Source: Candidatus Micrarchaeota archaeon (GTDB lineage Archaea > Micrarchaeota > Micrarchaeia > Norongarragalinales > SBBD01). Taken from it: a stretch of DNA of 64,000 nt. Within the stretch, counting starts at the first letter, position 1; each line of letters opens with the position of its first letter. This document shows positions 19,537 through 28,547 of this stretch, in pieces. The notes under the pieces are model-generated. The model did no database searches. It saw only the letters and a program-made list of their open reading frames with translations, and was not told the DNA's origin. The translations under genes were made by a program, and so were the position numbers. Location of the stretch: NCBI GenBank assembly GCA_043806595.1, contig JAZDGU010000029.1, positions 2,548-66,547 of the forward strand, written 5' to 3'.

Positions 19537-19737
19537 TCAGAACAAATCCTTGGAATAAGCAATGGATTTCCCGGCGTCCATATCCTCTTTTATTCGGCGC
19601 AGTCTGGCCAGTTCGCTGGCGGATACTTTTTCTTCGGGAATCAGGCTCAGGAGCAAGGCGTTGTTTTTTTCGACTTCCTTCTGAAGATGCTTCACTTCCT
19701 TGAACAAATGGTTAACATTGACTTCCATCCAAAACAC
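19537..19737 (-). CDS. small coiled-coil ORF in low-GC DNA flanking the IS (uncertain)
   Basis: 66-aa ORF, KEVKHLQKEVEKNNALL...ELARLRRIKEDMDAG. No partner gene. Confidence 0.2.
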   Translation of the reverse strand: MFWMEVNVNHLFKEVKHLQKEVEKNNALLLSLIPEEKVSASELARLRRIKEDMDAGKSIAYSKDLF

Positions 19738-19901
19738 CGAACTTATATGGATTTGGCCATATTTAATGCCGTCGTTTATGCAAATTTAAGCGCATAATTT
19801 GCTATCGTGCCGAATCCGGCACAGTGACGCCAATATTTTTTTCGGAGTCCAACCCACGGCCAGCAGCTCGGCCAGGGCGCCTGATGACTCACTCCCTTGC
19901 G

Positions 19902-21389
19902 CTACTTCCAGTGCCGCAATGTTTCAACGACGAGCCTGACGCCGAAGCCCGTCGCGCCCTTGGCGAGGTACGGCCGCTCCTTGTCCGTCCAGGCGGTGCC
20001 CGCGATGTCTAAGTGCACCCACGGATAGTCGCCGACGAACTTCTTGAGGAAGGAAGCGCCCGAAATCGTGCCGGCTGCGCCGTTCGACCCGATGTTCTTC
20101 ACGTCCGCGCAGTCGCTCTTGACGTCCTCGTCGTAGGCCTTCCACAGCGGCAGCTGCCAGACCCTCTCCCCGCAGGCGTCGCCCGCACGGCGCAGCTTCT
20201 GGAAGAGGGCCTCGTCGTTGCCCAGCGCCCCGGCCGCCTTGTCGCCGAGGGCGACGACAACCGCCCCGGTCAAAGTCGCCAGGTCGATGACCGCCTGCGG
20301 CTTGTACCTCTGCGCGTAGGAAAGCGCGTCGGCGAGGACTAGCCTTCCCTCGGCATCCGTGTTCAGTATCTCGATGGTCTTGCCGTTCGAGGCCCTGACG
20401 ATGTCTCCCGGCTTTGAAGCGTTGCCGCCGGGAAGGTTCTCGGACGCAGGCATGAGCCCTACGAGGTTGACCTTGAGCCTGAGCTGGGCCGCGGCCTGCA
20501 TGATGCCCAACACCGCGACCGCGCCGGACTTGTCGTATTTCATGCGGTCCATGTCCTTTGAGGGCTTGAGGGAAATTCCGCCGGAATCGAAGGTGATGCC
20601 CTTGCCGACGATTGCGATGGGCTTGGAGCCCTTCCTTCCCTCGTATTCCAATACGGTCAGGGTGGGGGGCTGGCGGCTCCCGCGGGAGACGGCAAGCAGC
20701 GCCTCCATGCCGAGCTTGCGCATCTCCTTCTCGTCGATTATCCTGCATTTGAGGCCGTTCCTCTTGGCCATTTCCCGGGCCTTCTCCGCGAGCACCTGTG
20801 GCGTGACCACGTTCGCGGGCTCGTTGAGCAGCTGGCGCACGTCGTTCGCCGAGTTTGCGATGATTTCGGCGGCGGAAGCGGCCTCGCGGAATTCCCGCAG
20901 GTTGTTCGAGGGGCAGAACAGCGCGAACTCCCCGACTTCCGCACGCTCCTCCTTCTCGGTCTTGTACTTGTCGAACTTGTAGAGCGAGAGGATTGTTGCC
21001 CCGACCACGGCCTCCGCGTGGGAGGCGCTGTGCAGCACGCCGTCTGCAAGCAGGAAGCTCGCAATGGTTTTCGCTCCTGCGGACCGCAGGAAAACCGCGC
21101 TCCTTCCCGCGGCGTTCCTCAGCGTGTCGGCGTCGACGTCCTTGCGCTTGCCCAGCCCGATGAGCAGGATGCGGCCGAACCCTGCTTGTACGCCCGGCGG
21201 GGCGTGCAGGAGGGTAGCCTGCATCGCCTTTCCGGAAAACTCGCCGGACTTGACGACCGCCGAAGCCGCGCCGCCCAGCGCCAAGTCGGCTTTCTTCAGC
21301 TCGCCGGCCGGGACCTCGCCCTCGAACACGCCGAATACGGCGGCATCGCACACGAACTTGGAACCGAAAGGCTGAACCGAAACCCTCAT
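19902..21389 (-). CDS. pepA: leucyl aminopeptidase (M17 family)
   Basis: M17 signature NTDAEGRLVLADAL and metal ligands in VGKGITFDSGGISLKP. Confidence 0.85.
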   Translation of the reverse strand: MRVSVQPFGSKFVCDAAVFGVFEGEVPAGELKKADLALGGAASAVVKSGEFSGKAMQATLLHAPPGVQAGFGRILLIGLGKRKDVDADTLRNAAGRSAVFLRSAGAKTIASFLLADGVLHSASHAEAVVGATILSLYKFDKYKTEKEERAEVGEFALFCPSNNLREFREAASAAEIIANSANDVRQLLNEPANVVTPQVLAEKAREMAKRNGLKCRIIDEKEMRKLGMEALLAVSRGSRQPPTLTVLEYEGRKGSKPIAIVGKGITFDSGGISLKPSKDMDRMKYDKSGAVAVLGIMQAAAQLRLKVNLVGLMPASENLPGGNASKPGDIVRASNGKTIEILNTDAEGRLVLADALSYAQRYKPQAVIDLATLTGAVVVALGDKAAGALGNDEALFQKLRRAGDACGERVWQLPLWKAYDEDVKSDCADVKNIGSNGAAGTISGASFLKKFVGDYPWVHLDIAGTAWTDKERPYLAKGATGFGVRLVVETLRHWK

Positions 21390-21484
21390 ATCCGCATCCC
21401 CCCGCACGTGAATTTAGTGGAATAGGCTCGCGCGTATTTAAAGCGTTTCCATACGGGGAAGGGGGAGGGCCACGCGAGGCGTCG

Positions 21485-22018
21485 TCAGATTAGGCCGAGG
21501 CCCTGCATCGTCACGCCCCAGTTCTCCCCGAACACGGTGGCAAGCGCGTGCGCGCGCGGCGGGGTGGCGTAGCGCATGAGTATCCTCCTCGACTCGATTG
21601 CGACAGAGTCGCGGAGCAGGTGCTGTTCTCGGAAGGGAACGCGGCGGTTGCGGGCGACGATTATCTTCTTCACGCGGCGGAGGACGGGGGACCTGCGCAA
21701 AGAGGAAAGGAGGTCCCTCAAACGCACGTGCGGGATGGAATCGACGGCGTTTTTCGCCGCAAGCGCGTTGGAGGCGAAGCCCTCCCGCTCGGCGAGCTCT
21801 CCCAGGACGGCGGAGCTCAGCGAGGTGTTCTCGCCGGTGAACGCCCAGACCGCGGCCTTCTCGTAGTCCGATGCCCGGTGGGGCGGGAGCCTCGCGAAGA
21901 AGAGGTGCCTCGAGGCGGCAGTGCGGTTCCTCTCGTATTGCCTGAGTTTCATGGCCTTTCGCAATGCGTTCTTCGGGGCCGAATAAAAGGCTTTGGGTGT
22001 TGCGCTCGCGCTAGCCAT
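21485..22018 (-). CDS. hypothetical protein, weak resemblance to DUF1722 (YbgA C-terminal domain)
   Basis: RLPPHRASDYEKAAVWAF...RRVPFREQHLLRD loosely matches the DUF1722 pattern. True start may be the Met at 21952, given the A/T box at 22017-22026. Confidence 0.3.
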   Translation of the reverse strand: MASASATPKAFYSAPKNALRKAMKLRQYERNRTAASRHLFFARLPPHRASDYEKAAVWAFTGENTSLSSAVLGELAEREGFASNALAAKNAVDSIPHVRLRDLLSSLRRSPVLRRVKKIIVARNRRVPFREQHLLRDSVAIESRRILMRYATPPRAHALATVFGENWGVTMQGLGLI

Positions 22019-22026
22019 TTAAAAAT
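22017..22026 (+). promoter_or_regulatory. TATA-like box CCATTTAAAAAT in the divergent intergenic region upstream of rpl15
   Basis: Same CCATTTAAAAA motif recurs at 15397-15406 upstream of the aminotransferase gene. Confidence 0.3.
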
Positions 22027-22092
22027 ATTCACGTGCTTATGTTCTCTCCTGCTGTCCCGTCTTTTTGCAGAAGCAAATAGTGGTGTTCACAC

Positions 22093-22521
22093 ATGGCAAG
22101 GCGCATCAAGTCAAGCGTAAGGAAGCACGCCGGCAACCGCACGTACGGCGGGGGAAACAAGAAGAACCGCCGCGGGAAGGGCGTGCGCGGCGGAGTCGGG
22201 AGGGCGGGCTACCACAAGCACAAGTGGCTCCGCACGATAAAGACTGAAGGCACGACGCAGACCGCGCCCGGATTTGTCAATCCCTCGCCGCGCAAGGTCG
22301 CCGTCGTCCAGCTGAACAGGCTGGCGTACCGCATCGGCAAGGGCGAGTTTCAGGAGGAGAACGGCGCCTACAACATCGACGTGACGGCGAAAGGGGGTTA
22401 CGTCAAGGTGCTCGGGAACGGCAAATTCGCCAGCAAGGCGAACGTGAAGGCGAACGCTTTCTCCGCCTCCGCGAAGCGCAAGATAGAGGAGGCGGGCGGG
22501 ACCGTGCTCGTGGCTCAGTAA
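22093..22521 (+). CDS. rpl15: 50S ribosomal protein L15 (uL15)
   Basis: KHAGNRTYGGGNKKNRRGKGVRGGVGRAGYHKHKW (Gly/Arg-rich uL15 N-terminus). Upstream of secY as in archaeal spc-like operons. Confidence 0.9.
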   Translation: MARRIKSSVRKHAGNRTYGGGNKKNRRGKGVRGGVGRAGYHKHKWLRTIKTEGTTQTAPGFVNPSPRKVAVVQLNRLAYRIGKGEFQEENGAYNIDVTAKGGYVKVLGNGKFASKANVKANAFSASAKRKIEEAGGTVLVAQ

Positions 22522-22563
22522 GGTTTAAAAGAGGCGCGCGGAAAGAAATCGGAGGCTGATGCA

Positions 22564-23985
22564 ATGCTCAAGGCGTTGAAACCGATAATCGACAATCTAC
22601 CCGAAGTGAAGGCGCCGCTGAAGGCCCCCCCGCTCAAGGAGAAGCTCAAGTGGACCGCCGCCGTGCTCGTCATCTTCTACCTGATGGGGCAGATTTATCC
22701 GATCGGCCTTGACGCCACGCGAGTCGCGACCTTCGAGAGGCTCGAAATCCTGCTCGGCAGCCGCACCGGCACGCTCATCACCACCGGAATCGGGCCCATC
22801 GTGCTCGCCAGCATCTTCCTCCAGCTCGCAGTCGGCGCCAAGCTCATCAAGATAGACCTCTCCCAGCAGGAGAACAAGAAGCTCTACCAGGGCTTGCAGA
22901 AGCTGCTCGCCATCGCGCTCAGCATCCTCGAGGGATTCATCTACTCCAAGTCCATCGTCGTTGCGACCGACGCGATCACCCCGGCGCTCTTCGCGCAGAA
23001 CGCCATGTTCGGCATACTCACGCCGCTGCAGCTCGCGGTCATGTTCCAGCTTACTCTCGGATCCGTCATCCTGCTGTATCTCGACGAAATCGCACAGAAA
23101 TACGGCATCGGGTCTGGCATCTCGCTGTTCATCGCCGCGGGAGTCGCCCAGGCCGTGTTCATCGGCGCGTTCAGCTTCGCCACCACGGGAACGTCCGTCG
23201 CCGGGTTGATCCCGCAGGCGATTTTCGAGCTCGTGAACGCCAACGTCGCGAGCGCGATCTGGGCGCTGATGCCGCTCGTATTCACGATAGTCGTGTTCTC
23301 CATGGCGGTCTACGCCGAGGGAATGAAGATCGAGCTGCCCCTCGCGTACGGCGGGGCGCGCGGGCTCGGGGCGCGCTATCCCATCAAGTTCCTCTATGTG
23401 AGCAACATCCCGGTGATACTCGCCTCGGCGGTACTCCTCAACATACAAGTCTTCGGGCTGTTCATGAGCAACGCGGGCATCAACGTGCTGGGCACGTACC
23501 AGGACAACCAGCCCGTCGACGGCTTCGTTTATTATACCACACCCATGCAGTCGCCGCTGATGACCCCGGGCGGGTACTCCGTCTACCTCAGCCTCATCAC
23601 AGAGCCGAGGGAAATCCTGCACATATTCACGTACGGGATAGTGCTGGTGCTGCTCTGCGTCGTGTTCGGCTGGTTCTGGATAGAGAGCACGGGAATGGGG
23701 GCGAGCGACGTGGCGGCGCAGCTGGAGAAAACTGGAATGCAAATCCCGGGCTTCAGGCAGGACCCGCGCGTCACCGAGAGGATACTGCAGAGGTACATCC
23801 CGGTGATAACAATTCTGGGGAGCATTTTCGTGGGCATACTCGCATGGTTCGCGGACATCACCGGCGCGCTCGGAACCGGCACGGGAATCCTCCTGACCGT
23901 CGGAATCCTCTACCGGCTGTACGAGGACCTCTCCCGCCAGCAGGTATTCGAGATGTACCCGGTGCTGAACAGGTTCGTAAAATAG
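22564..23985 (+). CDS. secY: preprotein translocase SecY
   Basis: 473 aa, 10 TM segments, conserved SecY N-terminus KEKLKWTAAVLVIFYLMGQI. Position after L15. Confidence 0.92.
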   Translation: MLKALKPIIDNLPEVKAPLKAPPLKEKLKWTAAVLVIFYLMGQIYPIGLDATRVATFERLEILLGSRTGTLITTGIGPIVLASIFLQLAVGAKLIKIDLSQQENKKLYQGLQKLLAIALSILEGFIYSKSIVVATDAITPALFAQNAMFGILTPLQLAVMFQLTLGSVILLYLDEIAQKYGIGSGISLFIAAGVAQAVFIGAFSFATTGTSVAGLIPQAIFELVNANVASAIWALMPLVFTIVVFSMAVYAEGMKIELPLAYGGARGLGARYPIKFLYVSNIPVILASAVLLNIQVFGLFMSNAGINVLGTYQDNQPVDGFVYYTTPMQSPLMTPGGYSVYLSLITEPREILHIFTYGIVLVLLCVVFGWFWIESTGMGASDVAAQLEKTGMQIPGFRQDPRVTERILQRYIPVITILGSIFVGILAWFADITGALGTGTGILLTVGILYRLYEDLSRQQVFEMYPVLNRFVK

Positions 23986-23989
23986 GTGC

Positions 23990-24481
23990 ATGGAAATGGC
24001 ATTGCTCGGACTACCGGACGCGCTTGCGATATTCCTTGCCGCCGGAATCTTCTCCTTAATCACGAACGTGATCAACCGCGCGATGGGCATCACCAAGCGC
24101 AGGATCGAGCTCCAGAAGATTCAGAAGGACTACCAGAAGCGCTCGACGGACGCCATCAAGAGGAACGACGAGAAGGAGCTCGACAAGCTCAAGGAGGAGG
24201 AGAAGGTGTTCATGAAGACCGTGCAGGAGTCCATGATGCTCCCCTTCAAGAGCATGATATTCATCCTCCCGCTTTTCTTCGTGTTCCTCTGGTTCATGGA
24301 GGGCAACATGCACGGCTTCGCGATACAGCTGCCGTTCGCGCTCCACCTCAACGGCCACGAGCTCCTCGGACTGAACGTGTTCCAAGAGAGCACCTACGGC
24401 CCGAGGGGGCTGTTCATCCTCTCGTCCGTGCTCGCCGGAAGCGTTATAGAGTTTATCGCCGGAAAGACTATGAAAAACTGA
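23990..24481 (+). CDS. DUF106-family membrane protein (archaeal YidC/Oxa1/EMC3 homologue, Mj0480-like)
   Basis: Three hydrophobic helices with a long charged coiled-coil loop (KRRIELQKIQKDYQKR...KELDKLKEEEK). Conserved position directly downstream of secY. Confidence 0.65.
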   Translation: MEMALLGLPDALAIFLAAGIFSLITNVINRAMGITKRRIELQKIQKDYQKRSTDAIKRNDEKELDKLKEEEKVFMKTVQESMMLPFKSMIFILPLFFVFLWFMEGNMHGFAIQLPFALHLNGHELLGLNVFQESTYGPRGLFILSSVLAGSVIEFIAGKTMKN

Positions 24482-24499
24482 CGCGGTGATTAGGTAAAA

Positions 24500-24826
24500 A
24501 TGGTCGCACCACGACACAGGACAAGCAAGAAGACGCTCAGGAGGACTCCCGGGGGGAGGAGCGTCGCAATCTACAAGCCGAAGAAGCCGTCCAAGGCAAG
24601 ATGCGCCATCTGCGGCGCGAAGATGTTCGCCGTGCCGAACCGGAGCATTGTAGGCATGCGCAAGCTCGCGAAGACGCAGAAGCGCCCAGAGCGGGTGTTC
24701 GGGGGCGTGCTCTGCCACACGTGCGTGCAGCAGCTGCTCAAGGAGAAGCTGAGGCTGCAGGCCGGCGCGCACACCGAGGCAGACATCGGCGTCGTGCACC
24801 TGAAGTACATCCGGATGCTGAAGTGA
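24500..24826 (+). CDS. rpl34e: 50S ribosomal protein L34e
   Basis: RHRTSKKTLRRTPGGRSV...CAICGAKM...CHTC (eL34 zinc ribbon). Confidence 0.85.
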   Translation: MVAPRHRTSKKTLRRTPGGRSVAIYKPKKPSKARCAICGAKMFAVPNRSIVGMRKLAKTQKRPERVFGGVLCHTCVQQLLKEKLRLQAGAHTEADIGVVHLKYIRMLK

Positions 24827-24833
24827 AAATTGC

Positions 24834-25421
24834 ATGAGGATCGCGGTCTCGGGGCTGTCCGGCTGCGGCAACACCACGGTCTCCGCCTATGCCGCGAAAA
24901 TCCTCCGCCTCAGGCCCGTCAACTACACCATGCGCAGCCTCGCGAAGGACATCGGCATATCCTTCGGCGAGGCGATGGCGCTCCGCCTGAAGGACGGCAA
25001 GCTCGACCTCCTGCTCGACCTCAGGCAGTCCGAGCTAGCGAAGGCCGAAGGCGTGATACTCTCGAGCAGGCTCGCCATCTGGCTGATGCCCGCGGCCGAC
25101 CTCCGCGTCTGGCTCTCCGCCACGCCCGAGGTCCGGGCCCGCAGGATCGCCAAACGCGAAAACAAGACATACCGGCAGGCGCTCGCGGAGACATGCAAAC
25201 GGGACCGGCAGGACGTCTCGCAGTACAAGCGCCTCTACGGCATCGACGCAAGCGACACGTCGCAGGCTGACCTCGTGATAAACACGGAATGGCTCGACGC
25301 GCAGGAAGTCGCGGCAATCATCGCAGGCGCCGCGCGCCCGCTCAAGAGGCGCAGGGCCGCGCAAAGCGAGGCATATAATAAGATTGCCGCCGCAATAATG
25401 AAGAAACTCAAGTTCAGGTGA
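24834..25421 (+). CDS. cmk: cytidylate kinase (archaeal-type Cmk)
   Basis: P-loop VSGLSGCGNTTV and LID-region arginines. Conserved position between L34e and L14e. Confidence 0.8.
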   Translation: MRIAVSGLSGCGNTTVSAYAAKILRLRPVNYTMRSLAKDIGISFGEAMALRLKDGKLDLLLDLRQSELAKAEGVILSSRLAIWLMPAADLRVWLSATPEVRARRIAKRENKTYRQALAETCKRDRQDVSQYKRLYGIDASDTSQADLVINTEWLDAQEVAAIIAGAARPLKRRRAAQSEAYNKIAAAIMKKLKFR

Positions 25422-25430
25422 AAACGCATA

Positions 25431-25595
25431 ATGGGAGCATTGCAAGTGGGCAAGAAGTGCCTCAAGACAAAGGGAAGGAAGGCCGGACGCACGGTGGAGA
25501 TAACCAGGATAATCGACGCCAACTTCGTAGAAGTGAAGGACGACAAGGGCAAGGCCAAGCGATGCAACGTCCTCCACCTCGAACCCCTTCCCTGA
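25431..25595 (+). CDS. rpl14e: 50S ribosomal protein L14e (KOW domain), 54 aa, absent from the ORF track
   Basis: Own translation: MGALQVGKKCLKTKGRKAGRTVEITRIIDANFVEVKDDKGKAKRCNVLHLEPLP, matching the eL14 KOW core. Canonical position between cmk and cbf5. Confidence 0.7.
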   Translation: MGALQVGKKCLKTKGRKAGRTVEITRIIDANFVEVKDDKGKAKRCNVLHLEPLP

Positions 25596-25610
25596 AGGAA
25601 GGCACCGCTT

Positions 25611-26504
25611 ATGCCCAGCGCGAAAACCCCCAAAGCCGACATTGACGATCTGCTACGCTACGGGGTGGTGTGCATCGACAAGCCGTGCGGGCCCTCTTCG
25701 CACGAGGTCGCGGCGTTCGTGAGGAACATCCTCCATCTCAAGCGCACCGGCCACACGGGCACCCTCGACCAGAACGTCTCGGGGGTGTTGGTCGTCCTGC
25801 TGGAGGACTCGTGCAAGATGTCGCACTACCTGATGGGCTCGAGGAAGAAATACGAGTGCGTCATGAGGACGGAAAAACCCGTCGCAGGGGACGTGCTGGA
25901 GGACGCCTTCTCGCATTTCAGGGGGAGGATTTTCCAGACGCCGCCCCTCGCGAGCGCCGTCGCGAAGAAGCTCAGGGTCAGGGAGGTCTACCGCCTCGAC
26001 GTCCTTGAGGCGGACGGGCGGCTGGTGCTCTTCGAATGCGAGACCGAAGCCGGCACGTACATCCGCAAGATAGTGTCCGACGCGGGCGAGGTTCTCGGCG
26101 TCCGTACGGAAATGGCCGAGCTCCGGAGGACAGCGGCCTCGACGTTTTCCGAAGGCGACGCGGTCACCCTGCAGCAGCTCACGGACTACTTCTGGCTCTG
26201 GAAGGAACGCGGCGACGCGTCCAAACTGGGGAAAACCGTCCATTCCGTCGACGAGGTAGTCGGCAAGGCCATGAAAAAGGCCGTGCTCAAGGAAGGGGCG
26301 ATGAAGAAGGCCCTCAACGGCGTTAAGCCGCTGGCCGAGGACTTCATTTCAATTGACATCGAGGCACAAGCCGGGGAGGCCGTCGCGGCCTTCGACGCAG
26401 ACGGGGCGCTGCGGTGCGTATTGCAGATGAAATTCGGCGCCAGCGAGCTGGGGAAGCGGAAGGGGGAGGCCGCCGCAGACGTGCAGAGGGTCCTGCGGCC
26501 CTGA
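25611..26504 (+). CDS. cbf5: H/ACA RNP pseudouridine synthase Cbf5 (TruB family with PUA domain)
   Basis: GVVCIDKPCGPSSHEV...HTGTLDQNVSGVLVV (catalytic Asp context) and a C-terminal PUA-like region. Confidence 0.85.
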   Translation: MPSAKTPKADIDDLLRYGVVCIDKPCGPSSHEVAAFVRNILHLKRTGHTGTLDQNVSGVLVVLLEDSCKMSHYLMGSRKKYECVMRTEKPVAGDVLEDAFSHFRGRIFQTPPLASAVAKKLRVREVYRLDVLEADGRLVLFECETEAGTYIRKIVSDAGEVLGVRTEMAELRRTAASTFSEGDAVTLQQLTDYFWLWKERGDASKLGKTVHSVDEVVGKAMKKAVLKEGAMKKALNGVKPLAEDFISIDIEAQAGEAVAAFDADGALRCVLQMKFGASELGKRKGEAAADVQRVLRP

Positions 26505-26527
26505 AAACCCCTCGCTCCCGTCGGGGA

Positions 26528-26536
26528 TTATAAAGA
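26528..26536 (+). promoter_or_regulatory. TATA-like box ATTATAAAG about 40 nt upstream of the aIF2-gamma ATG
   Basis: Only A/T-rich octamer in the intergenic region. Confidence 0.3.
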
Positions 26537-26575
26537 TTGGCGTCGTTAGGAGTAGTGCTTATAGAGGGAATCTTG

Positions 26576-27787
26576 ATGCCTCAGGCTGCAGTCAACATAG
26601 GAACCATAGGGCACGTCGACCACGGCAAGACCACGCTTGTAGCGGCGCTGACCGGAAAGTGGACGGACACGCACTCCGAGGAACTCAAGCGCGGCATCAC
26701 AATCCAGCTCGGATTCGCGGACGTGACGTTCTACAAGTGCGGCAAGTGCCCCGCGCCGTACAATTATTCGGGCAAACCGAAGTGCCCCGTTTGCGGCGAA
26801 AGCGGCGAAATTGCTAGAAGGGTTTCATTCGTCGACTCGCCGGGCCACGAGACGCTCATGGCGACGGTAATAGCCGCGAGCAGCATCATGGACGGCGCGC
26901 TGTTCGTTATCGCCGCCAACGAGAAATGCCCGAAGCCCCAGACCGTGGAGCACCTCGCCGTGATGGAGTCCGCAGGAATCAAGAACGTCGTGATTGCACA
27001 GACGAAGGTGGACCTGATAGACAAGGACAAGGTCCTCGAGAATTACTCGCAGATCAAGGAATTCCTCAAGGGCAGCGCCTACGAGGACGCGCCCGTATTG
27101 CCGGTTTCCGTCAACTCGCCGAAGGCGGTAAGCGCGCTGATATCGGCGCTAGAGGAGGTCATCCCGACTCCCGAACGCCCGCAATCCGCGGAACTTCGGA
27201 TGCTCGTTGCGCGCAGCTTCGACGTGAACAAGCCGGGCATCGGCATCGACGGCATCGTCGGCGGGGTTGTCGGCGGCTCCATCGTGAGCGGCACGCTAAA
27301 GGTCGGCGACGAGATAGAGATAGCGCCCGGGCTCCTCAAGAAGAAGAAGGACCGCGAGGACTACGAGCGCCTCAAGACGAAAGTGATTTCGCTTCACGCC
27401 GAAAGGGACAGGTTCGAAACCGCCGGCCCCGGCGGTCTCGTCGCAGCCTCGACGACGCTCGACCCCGCGCTGACAAGGGCGAATGCGCTCGTCGGCAACG
27501 TCGTCGGCCTGCCCGGGACGCTTCCGGCCAACCGCACGGAAATCGACGTCGAGATCTCGGCGCTAAAGCGCACCGTGGAGGTGTTCAACGCCTCGCCGGG
27601 CATCAACGAGCCGCTCGTGCTCGGCATAGGGACGAACACTACCGTGGGATTCGTCGTCGAGCGCAAGAAGAAGTCGTATTCGCTCAAACTGAAGAAGCCA
27701 GTAGTCGCGAACGCGGGCGAGAGCCTCGCGGTGATGCGCCGCGCGAACAACCGCTGGCACCTCTACGGCACCGCGAAGATACTCTGA
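26576..27787 (+). CDS. eif2g: translation initiation factor aIF2 gamma subunit
   Basis: G1 GHVDHGKTTL, G2 RGITI, zinc knuckle CGKCPAPYNYSGKPKCPVCG, G4 QTKVD. Start at MPQAAVNIG. Confidence 0.9.
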   Translation: MPQAAVNIGTIGHVDHGKTTLVAALTGKWTDTHSEELKRGITIQLGFADVTFYKCGKCPAPYNYSGKPKCPVCGESGEIARRVSFVDSPGHETLMATVIAASSIMDGALFVIAANEKCPKPQTVEHLAVMESAGIKNVVIAQTKVDLIDKDKVLENYSQIKEFLKGSAYEDAPVLPVSVNSPKAVSALISALEEVIPTPERPQSAELRMLVARSFDVNKPGIGIDGIVGGVVGGSIVSGTLKVGDEIEIAPGLLKKKKDREDYERLKTKVISLHAERDRFETAGPGGLVAASTTLDPALTRANALVGNVVGLPGTLPANRTEIDVEISALKRTVEVFNASPGINEPLVLGIGTNTTVGFVVERKKKSYSLKLKKPVVANAGESLAVMRRANNRWHLYGTAKIL

Positions 27788-27789
27788 CG

Positions 27790-27939
27790 TCAGCCGTCCA
27801 GCATCTTGGCGAGCTGCCGGCTCCAGACCTTGTTCGGCGTTTTCTTCAGCCAATCGACGTAGGAGTCGATGAACTTCAGGCGCTCGATGAAATTCTGCCG
27901 CTTGGCCTCGTCCAACTTTTTGAGGGATGCTCTTTTCAT
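27790..27939 (-). CDS. 49-aa Lys-rich ORF translationally coupled (ATGA) to the upstream NTase gene
   Basis: Own translation: MKRASLKKLDEAKRQNFIERLKFIDSYVDWLKKTPNKVWSRQLAKMLDG. Its start codon overlaps the NTase stop. Ends 2 nt from the convergent aIF2-gamma stop. Confidence 0.35.
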   Translation of the reverse strand: MKRASLKKLDEAKRQNFIERLKFIDSYVDWLKKTPNKVWSRQLAKMLDG

Positions 27940-28547
27940 TTCAAATTCCCCGTAATGAATTCCACGTTTTCTTTTTCGACGCGCAATGCATACATGAATT
28001 CAGAAAGCTTCGCCGTATCTAAGTGCTTTGCGAATAGGCGGTATAAGAACCTTGCGTCCTCCAAATCCTTCTCCGAACCAAGGTACCCCTTGAAAGCAAT
28101 CTGAAGCTCCAAAGGCGATATAAACAGCGGGACGCCGTTAAGAACCAGCTTGACACGGTTTTCCAGCGAATGCGCATCCCACCGGCCCTTGGGGAACTTG
28201 AACTCTACGTTGGGGATGAACTGCCCCTTGAGGGCGAAGCGAATCGCAGTGCCTTTGAGCAGGTAGTCCTCGTAGGCGGCCCTGGCGGAAGGCGCGTTGA
28301 TGCAGTCGAAATCCGCGGAAAGCGACCCCCAAAGCGTTTCGAACTTGGAAAACGGGATTTTCTCGACTATAATGTCAACATCTTCAGTGTTCCTGCTCCT
28401 GCCGAAGGCGATGGCCACGTAGCCCGAAACGAAGACATAGCGGATTTTCGCGTATTCCAAACGGGCTATAAAACGTCGGGCGAAGCGGTCGACGGCGAAC
28501 TCCTCGCGGTCAAGGACGATTTTCTTGCGCGAGAACGTGATTTCCAT
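27936..28547 (-). CDS. minimal Pol-beta-superfamily nucleotidyltransferase (AbiEii/MNT-like toxin-type fold)
   Basis: NTase signature FVSGYVAIAFGRSRNTEDVDIIVE (hG[GS]...DxD) plus a downstream acidic residue in ADFDCI. 203 aa. Confidence 0.55.
   Translation of the reverse strand: MEITFSRKKIVLDREEFAVDRFARRFIARLEYAKIRYVFVSGYVAIAFGRSRNTEDVDIIVEKIPFSKFETLWGSLSADFDCINAPSARAAYEDYLLKGTAIRFALKGQFIPNVEFKFPKGRWDAHSLENRVKLVLNGVPLFISPLELQIAFKGYLGSEKDLEDARFLYRLFAKHLDTAKLSEFMYALRVEKENVEFITGNLK

Noticed and set aside
19444-19797. 117-aa plus-strand ORF in the low-GC segment after the IS.
   Set aside because: Composition and repeats (FFFGNQAQEQGVVFF) look spurious. It overlaps the more plausible 66-aa minus-strand ORF. 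No motifs.
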